A DNA stretch of 64,000 bases from positions 2,562 to 66,561 of the forward strand of contig JAOUGE010000004.1 of the NCBI GenBank assembly GCA_029865605.1, written 5' to 3'. Position 1 is the stretch's first letter; the number at the start of each line of letters is the position of its first letter. The position numbers and the translations under genes were made by a program. Shown here one piece after another: positions 54,791 to 63,983 of the stretch. Origin of the DNA: Candidatus Berkelbacteria bacterium. Its GTDB lineage: Bacteria; Patescibacteriota; UBA1384; DTJR01. Under the pieces are notes generated by a model that saw only the letters and a program-made list of their open reading frames with translations, had not been told where the DNA came from and made no database searches.

Positions 54791-56509
54791 ATGGCTATTA
54801 ATAAAACCTGCAAACAGTGTAAAAAAGGATTCGTGGTTTTGGATGATGATTTGGTCTATTTGGACAGAATTTCGCCAACCTTCGCGGGTAAAAAGTTCTC
54901 TGTTCCGGCACCATCTCTTTGTACGGACTGTCGCATGCAGAGGCGCGTAGCTTGGAGAAACGAAAGAAATCTTTATAAGAGAAAGTGCGATCTTTGTCAA
55001 GAACAGATAGTTGCTTTATATGAACAAGATTCGCCATTCGCAGTTTATTGCCAAAAATGCTTTTGGTCGGATAAGTGGAACCCACTAGAATTTGCTAAAG
55101 ATTATGATCCTTCAAGGTCTTTTATCGAACAGATTAAAGAAATACAAAAAAAAGCTCCTCGCCTAGCCCTCCTTAATACTTTTTCGGAAAATTCGGAGTT
55201 TACTAATCATTCCTCAAAAAATAAGGATTGCTATTTAGTTTTTGCTTCGTTTGATAATGAGCGCGTCATGTACTGCCGAAAAACTCGTAACTCCAAAGAT
55301 ATCTTGGATTGCACGACCTGTTTTTACGGCTCAGAGCTTTGTTACGAATGTTTTTTGATTGAGAATTGTTATTCCTTGAAATATTCAGTCAACTGCAAGA
55401 ACTGCTCAAATTCCAATTTTCTTTTTGATTGTCTGGACTGTAAGGATTGTTACATGTGTTACGGGCTTCGTAATAAACAGTATTATTTTGAAAATAAGCA
55501 ATTAAGCGAAGAGGAATATAAAAGAAGGATACCTAACTTAGGATCTCGCAAAATTCGAGATGCCGAAAGAAAAAGATTCATAGAATTTTCGAAAGATGCT
55601 GTACGCAAATATGCGAGATTTACAAACTCCGAGAATTCCACTGGTGATGATCTTATTAATTGTTCGAGATGTGTTAATTGTTATGATGTTGAAAAAGCTG
55701 AAGATTGCAAGAATTTTGAGCATGGCGAAGTCCTTAATTGGTGCGTTGATTGTTATGGTGCCGGTAACCCCGGGGAGTATCTTTACGAAGTGCACGGTAT
55801 CTTAGATGGTCATAATTGTGCTTTTACGCACGCTAGCTATCATTCGTCCCGTGTCTACTATTGTGATAATTGCCAAAACTGTCAGGATATTTTTGGCTGT
55901 GTCAGTTTAAAAAAATCTCAATATGCAATTTTAAATAAGCAATATTCGCGTGATGAATACGAAAAGAAAATTGCCGAAATAATTGAAAAAATGACCCAAG
56001 CTGGTGAGTGGGGAGAATTTTTCCCAATCGGTATGAGCCCATTTGCCTATAATGAAACCTTGGCTTCTGAATATTTTCCTCTTAAAAAAGAGGGGGTTGA
56101 GGCAATTGGCGCTAAATGGAGAGATATCACCCATGAAAAAATTAATATAGAAACAGTCATCCCGCATGATGATATATCTGTCTACATCGATTCAAAAGAG
56201 GAGGTAGAAAAATTATTAGCCTCTGCTATAAAATGTTCGGTAACCGGTATTCCTTTTAGAATCTTGCCGCAGGAAATGGTTTTCTATTTGAAAGAAAAAA
56301 TCCCGGTCCCGGAAATTCATTATGATGCACGTCATGCCGAGAGACAGAAATATGTTAACCCCCGCAAGCTTTGTAAGCGCCAATGCATGTGCGAAGAACA
56401 AGGACACCACCACGAAGGAAGATGTAAAGTAGAATTTGAAACCACATACACACCCGATAGGCCAGAGAAAGTATATTGCGAGAGGTGTTACCAGAAATCA
56501 GTTATTTGA
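54791..56509 (+). CDS. cysteine-rich paralog C1
   Basis: 572 aa; conserved family termini (CKQCKKGF...CTDCRMQRRVAWRNERNLYKRKCD; ...QCMCEEQGHHHEGRC...TPDRPEKVYCERCYQKSVI). Confidence 0.8.
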   Translation: MAINKTCKQCKKGFVVLDDDLVYLDRISPTFAGKKFSVPAPSLCTDCRMQRRVAWRNERNLYKRKCDLCQEQIVALYEQDSPFAVYCQKCFWSDKWNPLEFAKDYDPSRSFIEQIKEIQKKAPRLALLNTFSENSEFTNHSSKNKDCYLVFASFDNERVMYCRKTRNSKDILDCTTCFYGSELCYECFLIENCYSLKYSVNCKNCSNSNFLFDCLDCKDCYMCYGLRNKQYYFENKQLSEEEYKRRIPNLGSRKIRDAERKRFIEFSKDAVRKYARFTNSENSTGDDLINCSRCVNCYDVEKAEDCKNFEHGEVLNWCVDCYGAGNPGEYLYEVHGILDGHNCAFTHASYHSSRVYYCDNCQNCQDIFGCVSLKKSQYAILNKQYSRDEYEKKIAEIIEKMTQAGEWGEFFPIGMSPFAYNETLASEYFPLKKEGVEAIGAKWRDITHEKINIETVIPHDDISVYIDSKEEVEKLLASAIKCSVTGIPFRILPQEMVFYLKEKIPVPEIHYDARHAERQKYVNPRKLCKRQCMCEEQGHHHEGRCKVEFETTYTPDRPEKVYCERCYQKSVI

Positions 56510-56583
56510 TTATTACGAGTTTAGCGAGTTAGCGAGTTTCAACCCGCTAAATAACCAACTTGCCAAATAAAAAATAAATTAAT

Positions 56584-58308
56584 ATGCCTTTATCCAAAAC
56601 CTGCAAGCAATGTAGTCAGCAATTCACGGTAGAAGATGAAGACTTAGAATTCTACAAAAAAGTCTCCCCGACTTTGGGTGGAAAAACTTACGAATGGCCG
56701 GCGCCGACATTATGTATGTTTTGCCGGGGAATGAGACGGCAAGCTTGGCGCAACGAAAGAAATCTCTATAAGACTAAATGCGCTAAATCCGGCAAGGAAA
56801 TTGTAAGCGTTTATTCACCAGACAAGACCGACTATAAAGTGTATGAACTTTCCGAATGGTGGAAAGATGATTGGGACGCGATGCAATATGGCAAGGAGTT
56901 TGATTCCTCGCGGGGATTTTTTGATCAGTTTGATGAGTTATTAAAAGCTGTGCCAAGACTGTCTCTCTTTAATACCCAAACTCAAAACTGCGATTATGTA
57001 AACTACACGGCTGAATGCAAAGACTGCTATATGTCCTCCGTTATTTATTATCAATGCGATAAAGTTCATTATTCATATCTGACTTATTATTCGAAAAATA
57101 GCATTGACATAGGGTATTGTGACAAAGTTGAAAACTGCTACGAGCTGGTCAGCAGTAATGGTTGCTATGGTTGTCGGTATTCGAATCGTTTAACGAATTG
57201 TCGCGACTGCTATTTTTGCCAGGATTTAAATGGCTGCTCAGATTGCATTTTGTCAAACAACCTAACTCGCAAACAGTATTGCGTCAGAAATAAACAGTTA
57301 ACAAAAGAAGAATATGAAAAAGAAAAAAAGGAATTAGATCTTGGCTCCTATCAAAAAGTTAATGAATACTTGAAAGAATATGAGCAAATGAGAAAGGGGG
57401 CGATCGTCAAATTTGCCAATCTGCTTAATTGCGAGAATTGCGAGGGCGATAATTTGATTAACTGCAAGAATGTTAAGAAATGTTTTAGCGCAGTCAGGGT
57501 TGAAAATAGCCGTTATTCGTTTGATCAAGAGGATGGGAAAAATATCTATGACTGTGAAGGCGGCTCTTACGAGTGGGCGGTTGAATCAAACCACACAGGA
57601 TTTGGCTCTAACTTTATCGTCTGTTCTGGAGTTTTGAATTCCAGTTTTCTTTATTATTGTGAAAATTGCCATAACTGCCGTGATTGTTTCGGCTGTGTCG
57701 GTTTAAGGGGCAAGCAATTCTGCGTTTTTAATAAGCAATATAGCAAGGAAGAATATGAGCAGTTAGTAGAAAAAATTATTAAGAAGATGGTAGAAGGTGG
57801 CGAATGGGGCGAATTCTTCCCCTTTAGATTGAGTCCTTTTGGGTATAATGAATCACTGGCTAATGATTATCATCCCAAAACGAAAGAAGAGGTAAAAGGA
57901 ATCGGTGCTAAATGGCAGGATAATGATTATTCGCTTAAATACGATGGCCCCTTTTATGAACCCAAAGATAATATTAAGGACTATATTGAAAATGAGGGGG
58001 AAAGGAACAAACTGCTGGCTGGTATATTAAAGTGCGAGGTCTCGGGCAAGCCGTTTAAGCTGGTTCCGCAAGAACTCGCCTTTTACTTTGAGCAGGGAGT
58101 TCCTATACCACGCAGGCACTATGATGTTCGCTACAAAGAGCGGTTTAAGATGAGAAATCCCAAAGTATTACACCATCGCCAGTGTGTGTGCGAAGAACAA
58201 GGGCATGAGCATGAAGGAAGATGTGAGAACGAATTTGAAACGACCTATGCGCCGGATCGTCCGGAGAAAATATACTGCGAGAGGTGCTATCAGAAAAGCG
58301 TTGTGTAG
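56584..58308 (+). CDS. cysteine-rich paralog C2
   Basis: 574 aa; conserved family termini (CKQCSQQF..EDEDLEFYKKVSP; ...HRQCVCEEQGHEHEGRC...YAPDRPEKIYCERCYQKSVV). Confidence 0.8.
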   Translation: MPLSKTCKQCSQQFTVEDEDLEFYKKVSPTLGGKTYEWPAPTLCMFCRGMRRQAWRNERNLYKTKCAKSGKEIVSVYSPDKTDYKVYELSEWWKDDWDAMQYGKEFDSSRGFFDQFDELLKAVPRLSLFNTQTQNCDYVNYTAECKDCYMSSVIYYQCDKVHYSYLTYYSKNSIDIGYCDKVENCYELVSSNGCYGCRYSNRLTNCRDCYFCQDLNGCSDCILSNNLTRKQYCVRNKQLTKEEYEKEKKELDLGSYQKVNEYLKEYEQMRKGAIVKFANLLNCENCEGDNLINCKNVKKCFSAVRVENSRYSFDQEDGKNIYDCEGGSYEWAVESNHTGFGSNFIVCSGVLNSSFLYYCENCHNCRDCFGCVGLRGKQFCVFNKQYSKEEYEQLVEKIIKKMVEGGEWGEFFPFRLSPFGYNESLANDYHPKTKEEVKGIGAKWQDNDYSLKYDGPFYEPKDNIKDYIENEGERNKLLAGILKCEVSGKPFKLVPQELAFYFEQGVPIPRRHYDVRYKERFKMRNPKVLHHRQCVCEEQGHEHEGRCENEFETTYAPDRPEKIYCERCYQKSVV

Positions 58309-58323
58309 CAAAAGGAGGGTTAT

Positions 58324-58620
58324 TTGATTGTAAATATTATTTTAAATAAGTGGGTTGTGCTGGCCTTGGGGGCGTTCTTTATGCTGGTTGGCTTAAAGCC
58401 CGATTGGGTAATGAAAGCCGTTTCATTCACCGGTAAAATGTGGTGGGCGGAAAATCGCTTGGGGCGGGGCGGAACCTTTACAGTATGGAAAATTATTGGT
58501 ATACTGGCGCCGATCGCAGCAATATACTATTTCTTTACTGGCGGTATTCATTTTGACACCCCAAAAGTTTCAGATGAACCCGCCAGCTATGACGAGGGCT
58601 ACACAGACTATAATTATTAA
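58324..58620 (+). CDS. small membrane protein
   Basis: 98 aa, two TM helices, RBS AAGGAGGG upstream. Confidence 0.45.
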   Translation: MIVNIILNKWVVLALGAFFMLVGLKPDWVMKAVSFTGKMWWAENRLGRGGTFTVWKIIGILAPIAAIYYFFTGGIHFDTPKVSDEPASYDEGYTDYNY

Positions 58621-58623
58621 CTT

Positions 58624-58699
58624 GGGCCATTAGCTCATTCGGTAGAGCGTCTCCCTTGCACGGAGAAGGTGGCCGGTTCGAATCCGGCATGGTCCACCA
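58624..58699 (+). tRNA. tRNA-Ala (anticodon TGC)
   Basis: Acceptor GGGCCAT/ATGGTCC with the G3:U70 Ala identity pair, anticodon loop CTTGCAC, T-loop TTCGAAT, encoded CCA. Confidence 0.9.
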
Positions 58700-58720
58700 C
58701 TAATGTTAAAGGAGTACAGT

Positions 58721-59560
58721 ATGATGCGAGGCGAAACAGTTGAGAGCGCGCCAACGGGTGATTTTAGCGTCCCAGAGGACGAACAAAAAGCCGAAGTTGT
58801 TTTAAAAGATGTGTACGACCTGAAAAAAAGAATTAAAGTGGGTGAGGGCGAGGTATCGGCAGAAGAATACCATTCAGTTTTTGACAGGGCTTTAAGTAGG
58901 ATAAAAGATGACCATAGCCAAGGCAGGTCAACTCAAGAACAATTGATAGATGAGCTGAGCGGATTATCGAGATTGCAAAACGAGGTTGGGGCGATGGTTT
59001 TTCAAAGATTAAAATCCGCGAGGATTGATCAGTTAACTGATCTGCCGACAGCTGATTTTTTTAATATTCAAGTTCAGGAGATGTTGGATAAACAAAGAGA
59101 GTATGTTCGGGATGAAGAAGCGGAGTTTTTGACAATAGCGATTTTAATCGATGTTAATGAGCTTAAACCGATCAATGACCAAATTGGGCATAAGGCAGGC
59201 AATGTTGCCTTGAGGGAAGTCGCGAGGGTGATAATGGCCAAACTGCGCGAAGGCGACCCGATACGGTATCGGGAGCATGCCGCGGCCGGCCGGATAGGCG
59301 GGGACGAATTTGTTGTTGTAATAGACAGAGTTTTTAGCAAGACGGATGATTCCACAACCATTAGCGAATTTGTTGATAAAACCATTGAAAGATTCAGACG
59401 CGACTTTTCAATGATTGATTTCAAATATCAGGATGAAACCTATAGTGTTTCTGCTACAGTCGGCTTTGCCTATACGACTGAGTTTGTGGATACCGGCCCG
59501 GAAAAGCTACTTGAAATGGCAGATAAGGATATGTATTTTCACAAGCCGAAAAAAAGATAG
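58721..59560 (+). CDS. GGDEF-domain protein (diguanylate cyclase-like)
   Basis: RIGGDEFVVVI active-site motif; start placed at the ATG after RBS AAAGGAG (an in-frame ATG at 58703 is also possible). Confidence 0.7.
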   Translation: MMRGETVESAPTGDFSVPEDEQKAEVVLKDVYDLKKRIKVGEGEVSAEEYHSVFDRALSRIKDDHSQGRSTQEQLIDELSGLSRLQNEVGAMVFQRLKSARIDQLTDLPTADFFNIQVQEMLDKQREYVRDEEAEFLTIAILIDVNELKPINDQIGHKAGNVALREVARVIMAKLREGDPIRYREHAAAGRIGGDEFVVVIDRVFSKTDDSTTISEFVDKTIERFRRDFSMIDFKYQDETYSVSATVGFAYTTEFVDTGPEKLLEMADKDMYFHKPKKR

Positions 59561-59628
59561 TTTTTGAGTCTTATAATTTAAGTTGCGGGTTGCTTCTTCT
59601 TTAGATATAATCGTTTTGAGGAGAAAAG

Positions 59629-59793
59629 ATGTTAAAAAAGATCTTAATATCTATTTTAGTCATTTTGATCGTTGTGGTGGCGATAGTCGCCTTCGCTCGA
59701 GTAGCGACCGGTGAAGATAACTGGATCTGCGTAAACAGTGAGTGGGTAAAGCATGGTAATCCCTCAAGTCCGATGCCGGACGGCGGGTGCTGA
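59629..59793 (+). CDS. small membrane protein (54 aa) with C-terminal Cys pair
   Basis: RBS GAGGAGAAAAG before the ATG; single TM helix (ILISILVILIVVVAIVAFA); below the 60-aa cutoff of the ORF track. Confidence 0.35.
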   Translation: MLKKILISILVILIVVVAIVAFARVATGEDNWICVNSEWVKHGNPSSPMPDGGC

Positions 59794-59808
59794 AATAGCT
59801 AAAGGACA

Positions 59809-61299
59809 ATGGAAAAACAAGAATCAAAGGCCGAAGCGGAGACCGAAACCAAGCTTGAGAATTTAAATAAGCTGAAAGAGAAGGGTGTTAATCCTTATCC
59901 CTCGAAAGTAAAGGATAGAATTCTAATTAATGAGGCGCTTAAAAAAGAAGGTGAAAGGGTTTCTGTTGCCGGCAGGACGGTTTCAATTCGCGAGCATGGC
60001 AAGAGTCTTTTTGCTGATATTTATGACGAGTCGGGCAAAATTCAGATTTATCTCAAAATTGATCTCTTGGGAGAGGAAAAATTTAATGGTTTTAAACTTA
60101 TTGACGTTGGGGACATAATTGAGGCCTCGGGGGAGGTGTTTAAAACACAGGCTGGTGAGATTTCGATAAAAGTCGAGGACTATAGGCTTTTAGCTAAGAC
60201 TCTTGCCCCAATCCCATCTAGTTGGTATGGGTTGCGCGATGTTGAGGTGCGCTACCGCAAAAGATTTTTGGATTATATAGTAAATGAAAAGGCTCGAGAT
60301 AATTTGAAGACCCGTTCTCGCCTAATCAGTTTTTTAAGGCGCTTTATGGATGAGAATGATTTTATTGAAGTGGAAACCCCGATTTTGCAGGCAATTCCCG
60401 GAGGGGCAGCGGCCAAACCCTTTGTTACTCACTGTAATATTCTCGACCATGACTTTTATTTGCGCATCGCCCCCGAACTTTATTTAAAGCGCTTAACGGT
60501 AGGGGGTTTTGAAAAAGTTTACGAAATCGGGCGCGCTTTTAGAAATGAAGGTCTTTCCCATATGCACAATCCCGAATTTACGATTTTCGAATTTTATTGG
60601 GCCTATGTGGACTACGAGTTTTTGATGGAATTTACCGAAAAGATGGTAAAAGAAGCGGTTAAAGAAATTAAAGGATCGCTTCAAATTGAGTACCAGGGTA
60701 AAAAAATCGATTTTGAAAAACCGTTTGGAAAAATCACTTTTCGGGATTTGGTTATGCAGGATTGCGGAATTGATATTGATCAATTTAAAGATTTCGAAAG
60801 TCTTAAAAATGAAATTCTGGCCAAGGATATTAAAATCGAAACGATGAATGAAGTAAAGGTTTGGTCCAAACTTGTCGACGAACTTTATAAAAAAGTTTCA
60901 AGAGAGAAAATTATTGAGCCGATTTTTGTCGTTGATCACCCGGTTGAGCTTACGCCATTGGCCAAGAAAAAGGAGGATGACCCGACTAAGGCGCAGAGGT
61001 TTCAGTTGGTTACTGGTGGCGGCTTAGAATTGGTAAACGCTTACACAGAGTTAAATGACCCCTTAGACCAAGAGCAGAGATTTAAGCAGCAGCTCGAAAT
61101 GAAAAAAGCCGGCTGGGAAGAGACACAGGACTTTGACGCTAATTTCATTGAAGCGTTGAAAGTTGGGCTTCCTCCCACCGCCGGATGGGGGATGGGTATA
61201 GAGCGTTTCGTTATGCTTTTGACTGATCAGTACTCAATTAAGGAAGTAATTGCCTTCCCGACATTACGTCCTAAGAACAAAGAAGGTGAAGAAGCTTGA
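59809..61299 (+). CDS. lysS: lysyl-tRNA synthetase (class II)
   Basis: OB-fold N-domain and class II motifs 1-3 (FRNEGLSHMHNPEFTIFEFYWAY, GGGLELVNAYTELNDP, GWGMGIERFVM). Confidence 0.9.
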   Translation: MEKQESKAEAETETKLENLNKLKEKGVNPYPSKVKDRILINEALKKEGERVSVAGRTVSIREHGKSLFADIYDESGKIQIYLKIDLLGEEKFNGFKLIDVGDIIEASGEVFKTQAGEISIKVEDYRLLAKTLAPIPSSWYGLRDVEVRYRKRFLDYIVNEKARDNLKTRSRLISFLRRFMDENDFIEVETPILQAIPGGAAAKPFVTHCNILDHDFYLRIAPELYLKRLTVGGFEKVYEIGRAFRNEGLSHMHNPEFTIFEFYWAYVDYEFLMEFTEKMVKEAVKEIKGSLQIEYQGKKIDFEKPFGKITFRDLVMQDCGIDIDQFKDFESLKNEILAKDIKIETMNEVKVWSKLVDELYKKVSREKIIEPIFVVDHPVELTPLAKKKEDDPTKAQRFQLVTGGGLELVNAYTELNDPLDQEQRFKQQLEMKKAGWEETQDFDANFIEALKVGLPPTAGWGMGIERFVMLLTDQYSIKEVIAFPTLRPKNKEGEEA

Positions 61300-61365
61300 T
61301 CTGTAAAGTCCGTTCTCTGATTTCTTTCTTGCAATCAAGAGAATAATCGTGATAATGAGTGGTAA

Positions 61366-61842
61366 ATGAGAAAACTAATCGCTTACTATTCAAGGACGGG
61401 GAGGAACAGGGTTCTGGCAGAAGAACTCCGGAGAACAATTGGTGCTGACATTGAAGAAATCGTTGAGCTAAAAAATCGCAGGGGTACTTGGGGTTACTTA
61501 ACGGGCGGGTTGGATTCACTGCTTTGGCTTAAAACGAAAATAAAGCAGTATGAGCTCAATCCGAGCGATTATGCTCTTACAGTAATTGTCGCTCCGATTT
61601 GGTTTTTTAGAATCCCGCCGCCTGTAAGAACTTATCTCACTCAGAACAAGGCGAACTTTAGAAAGCTTGCTTTTTTGTCTGTCTGTGGCCGGGGTGATAG
61701 AAATACTAAAGCTACAGCCGAGATAGCAAAGATTATTGAAGAGCCGGTTTCGGCCGAACTTATGTTAGATGAAGAAGAATTTGATCAGAATAAATACCGC
61801 CGTAAATTTGCCGAGTTCGCCACAAGAATTATCTCTTGCTGA
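61366..61842 (+). CDS. flavodoxin-like fold protein
   Basis: KLIAYYSRTGRNRVLAEEL N-terminal FMN-binding loop pattern; 158 aa. Confidence 0.5.
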   Translation: MRKLIAYYSRTGRNRVLAEELRRTIGADIEEIVELKNRRGTWGYLTGGLDSLLWLKTKIKQYELNPSDYALTVIVAPIWFFRIPPPVRTYLTQNKANFRKLAFLSVCGRGDRNTKATAEIAKIIEEPVSAELMLDEEEFDQNKYRRKFAEFATRIISC

Positions 61843-61910
61843 GATCGATAAAGTTAAAGACATGAATGGCGATTAAGAGCAGTTATGATAATTGAAGACA
61901 AGGGGCAAAA

Positions 61911-62372
61911 ATGACGAAAAGATCATGGCAGGAGAAACTAAGGGACAGTAAAGATTTGCCGAAGATTGTGAAAATGAGCAAAGAACAGGCGAAAAAGTGG
62001 GGAGGGGAGACATTGGCCATTCCCTCGCCTCTTGAGATTGATGAGTTAATGAAAAAAGTCCCGAAAGGTAAGGTGACGACAGTGGCGAAATTACGAGAAA
62101 AAATTGCTAAAAAGCACAAAGCAAAGGTTGGCTGTCCCCTCACCTGCGGAATTTTTTCTTGGATCGCCGCTTATGCTGCCGAGGAAGCTCGTGCCGAGGG
62201 CAAAAAAAGCATCACTCCTTGGTGGCGAACACTTAAGGGTCAAGGCGAACTTAATCCTAAATATCCGGGCGGCGAAGATACGCAGATGAAAAAACTCAAA
62301 GCGGAGGGAATTATATTTGAGCAAAAAGGCAAAAAAGCGATTGTTAAAGATTTGGAGAAATATCTGATTTAG
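61911..62372 (+). CDS. alkyltransferase-like (ATL) protein, MGMT DNA-binding domain without catalytic Cys
   Basis: KGKVTTVAKL...ITPWWRTLKGQGEL parallels the MGMT helix-turn-helix and the PCHRV region, with Trp replacing the active-site Cys as in ATL proteins. Confidence 0.4.
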   Translation: MTKRSWQEKLRDSKDLPKIVKMSKEQAKKWGGETLAIPSPLEIDELMKKVPKGKVTTVAKLREKIAKKHKAKVGCPLTCGIFSWIAAYAAEEARAEGKKSITPWWRTLKGQGELNPKYPGGEDTQMKKLKAEGIIFEQKGKKAIVKDLEKYLI

Positions 62373-63116
62373 ATGACTATCTTACTCTGGATTATTTTAT
62401 CAGGGATTATTCTGGCGCTGATCTCATTAACGGGCGCCCTGGTACTGGTTTTAACGAAATCCAAATTTGAAAAAATCATAGAATTTTTAGTTGCTTTCGC
62501 CGCCGGTGCGCTTTTGGCTGGCGCGTTTTTTCATCTAATTCCGGAGGCGGTCGAAGGAATGGGCAACAATCTGCCGGTTTATCTTTGGATTGTCGGAGGG
62601 ATAGTCGCATTTGGAATTTTGGAACAGTATATCCACTGGCATCACTGTCACCTGCCACCAGGTGAGCATAAAGAACCGTTCTCATATCTCATACTTGTTG
62701 CCGACACTGTTCACAATTTAATCGACGGGCTGGCGGTCGGAGCGAGCTTTCTAGTATCTTCTGGGGTTGGGATTGCCACGACTCTGGCAGTGATTGCTCA
62801 CGAGGTTCCTCAAGAGCTCGGGGATTTTGGAATTTTAATTCACGGCGGCTGGGAAAAATCGAAGGCGATTTGGTTTAATTTCTTTTCATCCATTACATTT
62901 ATAATCGGCGCGCTTCTAATTTATTTTTTAAGGACGAATATAAACCCGTCTTTCCTTCTTGCTTTCGCCGCCGGCAGCTTCATCTACATTGGGGCGGTTG
63001 ATATAATTCCGGAGATTACCCGCGCCTGCGAGCCGCGGCAGAAAATTACCCGCTATTCTTTTTTTGTTCTTGGCATTTTAATTTTTCTAGCTATAAAATT
63101 GCTGTTGAGTGAATAG
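62373..63116 (+). CDS. ZIP-family zinc/metal transporter (ZupT-like)
   Basis: HEVPQELGDFGIL metal-binding TM motif, His-rich loop (HWHHCH), eight hydrophobic segments. Confidence 0.75.
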   Translation: MTILLWIILSGIILALISLTGALVLVLTKSKFEKIIEFLVAFAAGALLAGAFFHLIPEAVEGMGNNLPVYLWIVGGIVAFGILEQYIHWHHCHLPPGEHKEPFSYLILVADTVHNLIDGLAVGASFLVSSGVGIATTLAVIAHEVPQELGDFGILIHGGWEKSKAIWFNFFSSITFIIGALLIYFLRTNINPSFLLAFAAGSFIYIGAVDIIPEITRACEPRQKITRYSFFVLGILIFLAIKLLLSE

Positions 63117-63208
63117 ATATTGAATATTTTTTAAAGAGGGCTAATCTATAATTAGCCGTTCGTGACTATGCGAGCGGAAAACAACTCAGGGCTAAAGGAG
63201 GGATTGAC

Positions 63209-63442
63209 TTGAGCTATCCGGGACGGCGTCGAAAGGGCTCGGAGGTTACGGCCCGCGTCAGCCGGCTATGTCGCTCTCCGGGTCTAGGCGACAACGGAGA
63301 GGATGTGATGGAGGAGGCACAGCGGAGCGCCGAGCGGGCCTCCAGCGACTTCCTTGAGGGGTATGACGGGCGGGACATGGTCACCGATGATGGCCGGCTG
63401 ATCCACGAGGGGTACAGCGACGCTGGGTCAGACCCGCCCTAG
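63209..63442 (+). CDS. small acidic GC-rich ORF, hypothetical
   Basis: 77 aa, ~62% GC island, RBS AAAGGAGGG upstream. Confidence 0.3.
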   Translation: MSYPGRRRKGSEVTARVSRLCRSPGLGDNGEDVMEEAQRSAERASSDFLEGYDGRDMVTDDGRLIHEGYSDAGSDPP

Positions 63443-63565
63443 CGACGAACGGCGACAGGGGGCGAGTCGACCCTTACGCGTTGTATATCGATCGAGAAAT
63501 CATTTTTATAGCTTCTTGTTTTTGGACTAAAGTTAAAAGTAAATGCGTCGGGGAGAAGACGCCTC

Positions 63566-63594
63566 TTGACAATTATGAACATATGTTCATAATA
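63566..63594 (+). promoter_or_regulatory. sigma70 promoter with embedded perfect 16-bp palindromic operator
   Basis: TTGACA-17-ATAATA; the spacer and -10 contain ATGAACATATGTTCAT (63575-63590). Confidence 0.55.
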
Positions 63595-63610
63595 GTATTG
63601 GAGTCTAATT

Positions 63611-63895
63611 ATGTCGAGAACAAAAAAATGTCGGTGTGTTGAGTTCAAGCCAAGCTGCCTTTGTTTCAAGCCCCAAGGAAAAAGGAGCAAGTGTGGTTGT
63701 GAAGTAAGTCTTTTCGAAGACGAGCTCGAGAGTATTAAATTGATTGATTTTGATGGTTTGGACCAGCTAGGTGCGGCGAGAAAAATGAAAGTTTCACGAG
63801 TGACCGTTCAGCGAATTTATAAAAGTGCTCGTGAGAAAATAGCCAATGCTCTTATTCTAGGTAAAGAGATTGCATTTAGAAGGGGAGGTGATTGA
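63611..63895 (+). CDS. DUF134/UPF0251-family predicted DNA-binding protein
   Basis: N-terminal Cys cluster (KKCRCVEFKPSCLCFKP) and C-terminal HTH-like segment (MKVSRVTVQRIYKSAREKIANALILGKEI) typical of UPF0251. Confidence 0.65.
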   Translation: MSRTKKCRCVEFKPSCLCFKPQGKRSKCGCEVSLFEDELESIKLIDFDGLDQLGAARKMKVSRVTVQRIYKSAREKIANALILGKEIAFRRGGD

Positions 63896-63896
63896 G

Positions 63897-63983
63897 ATGT
63901 CATGCTGCTGTTGCTGCAAGTGCTGTAAGTGCGATGAATGCACCTGCTGCGAAGAAGATGGAAAGGAAGAGTCGGATAAATAA
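63897..63983 (+). CDS. 28-aa cysteine-rich peptide MSCCCCCKCCKCDECTCCEEDGKEESDK (metallothionein-like or RiPP-precursor-like)
   Basis: Strong RBS GGGGAGGTG 6 nt upstream; 11 of 28 residues are Cys; 2 nt after the DUF134 stop. Confidence 0.5.
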   Translation: MSCCCCCKCCKCDECTCCEEDGKEESDK

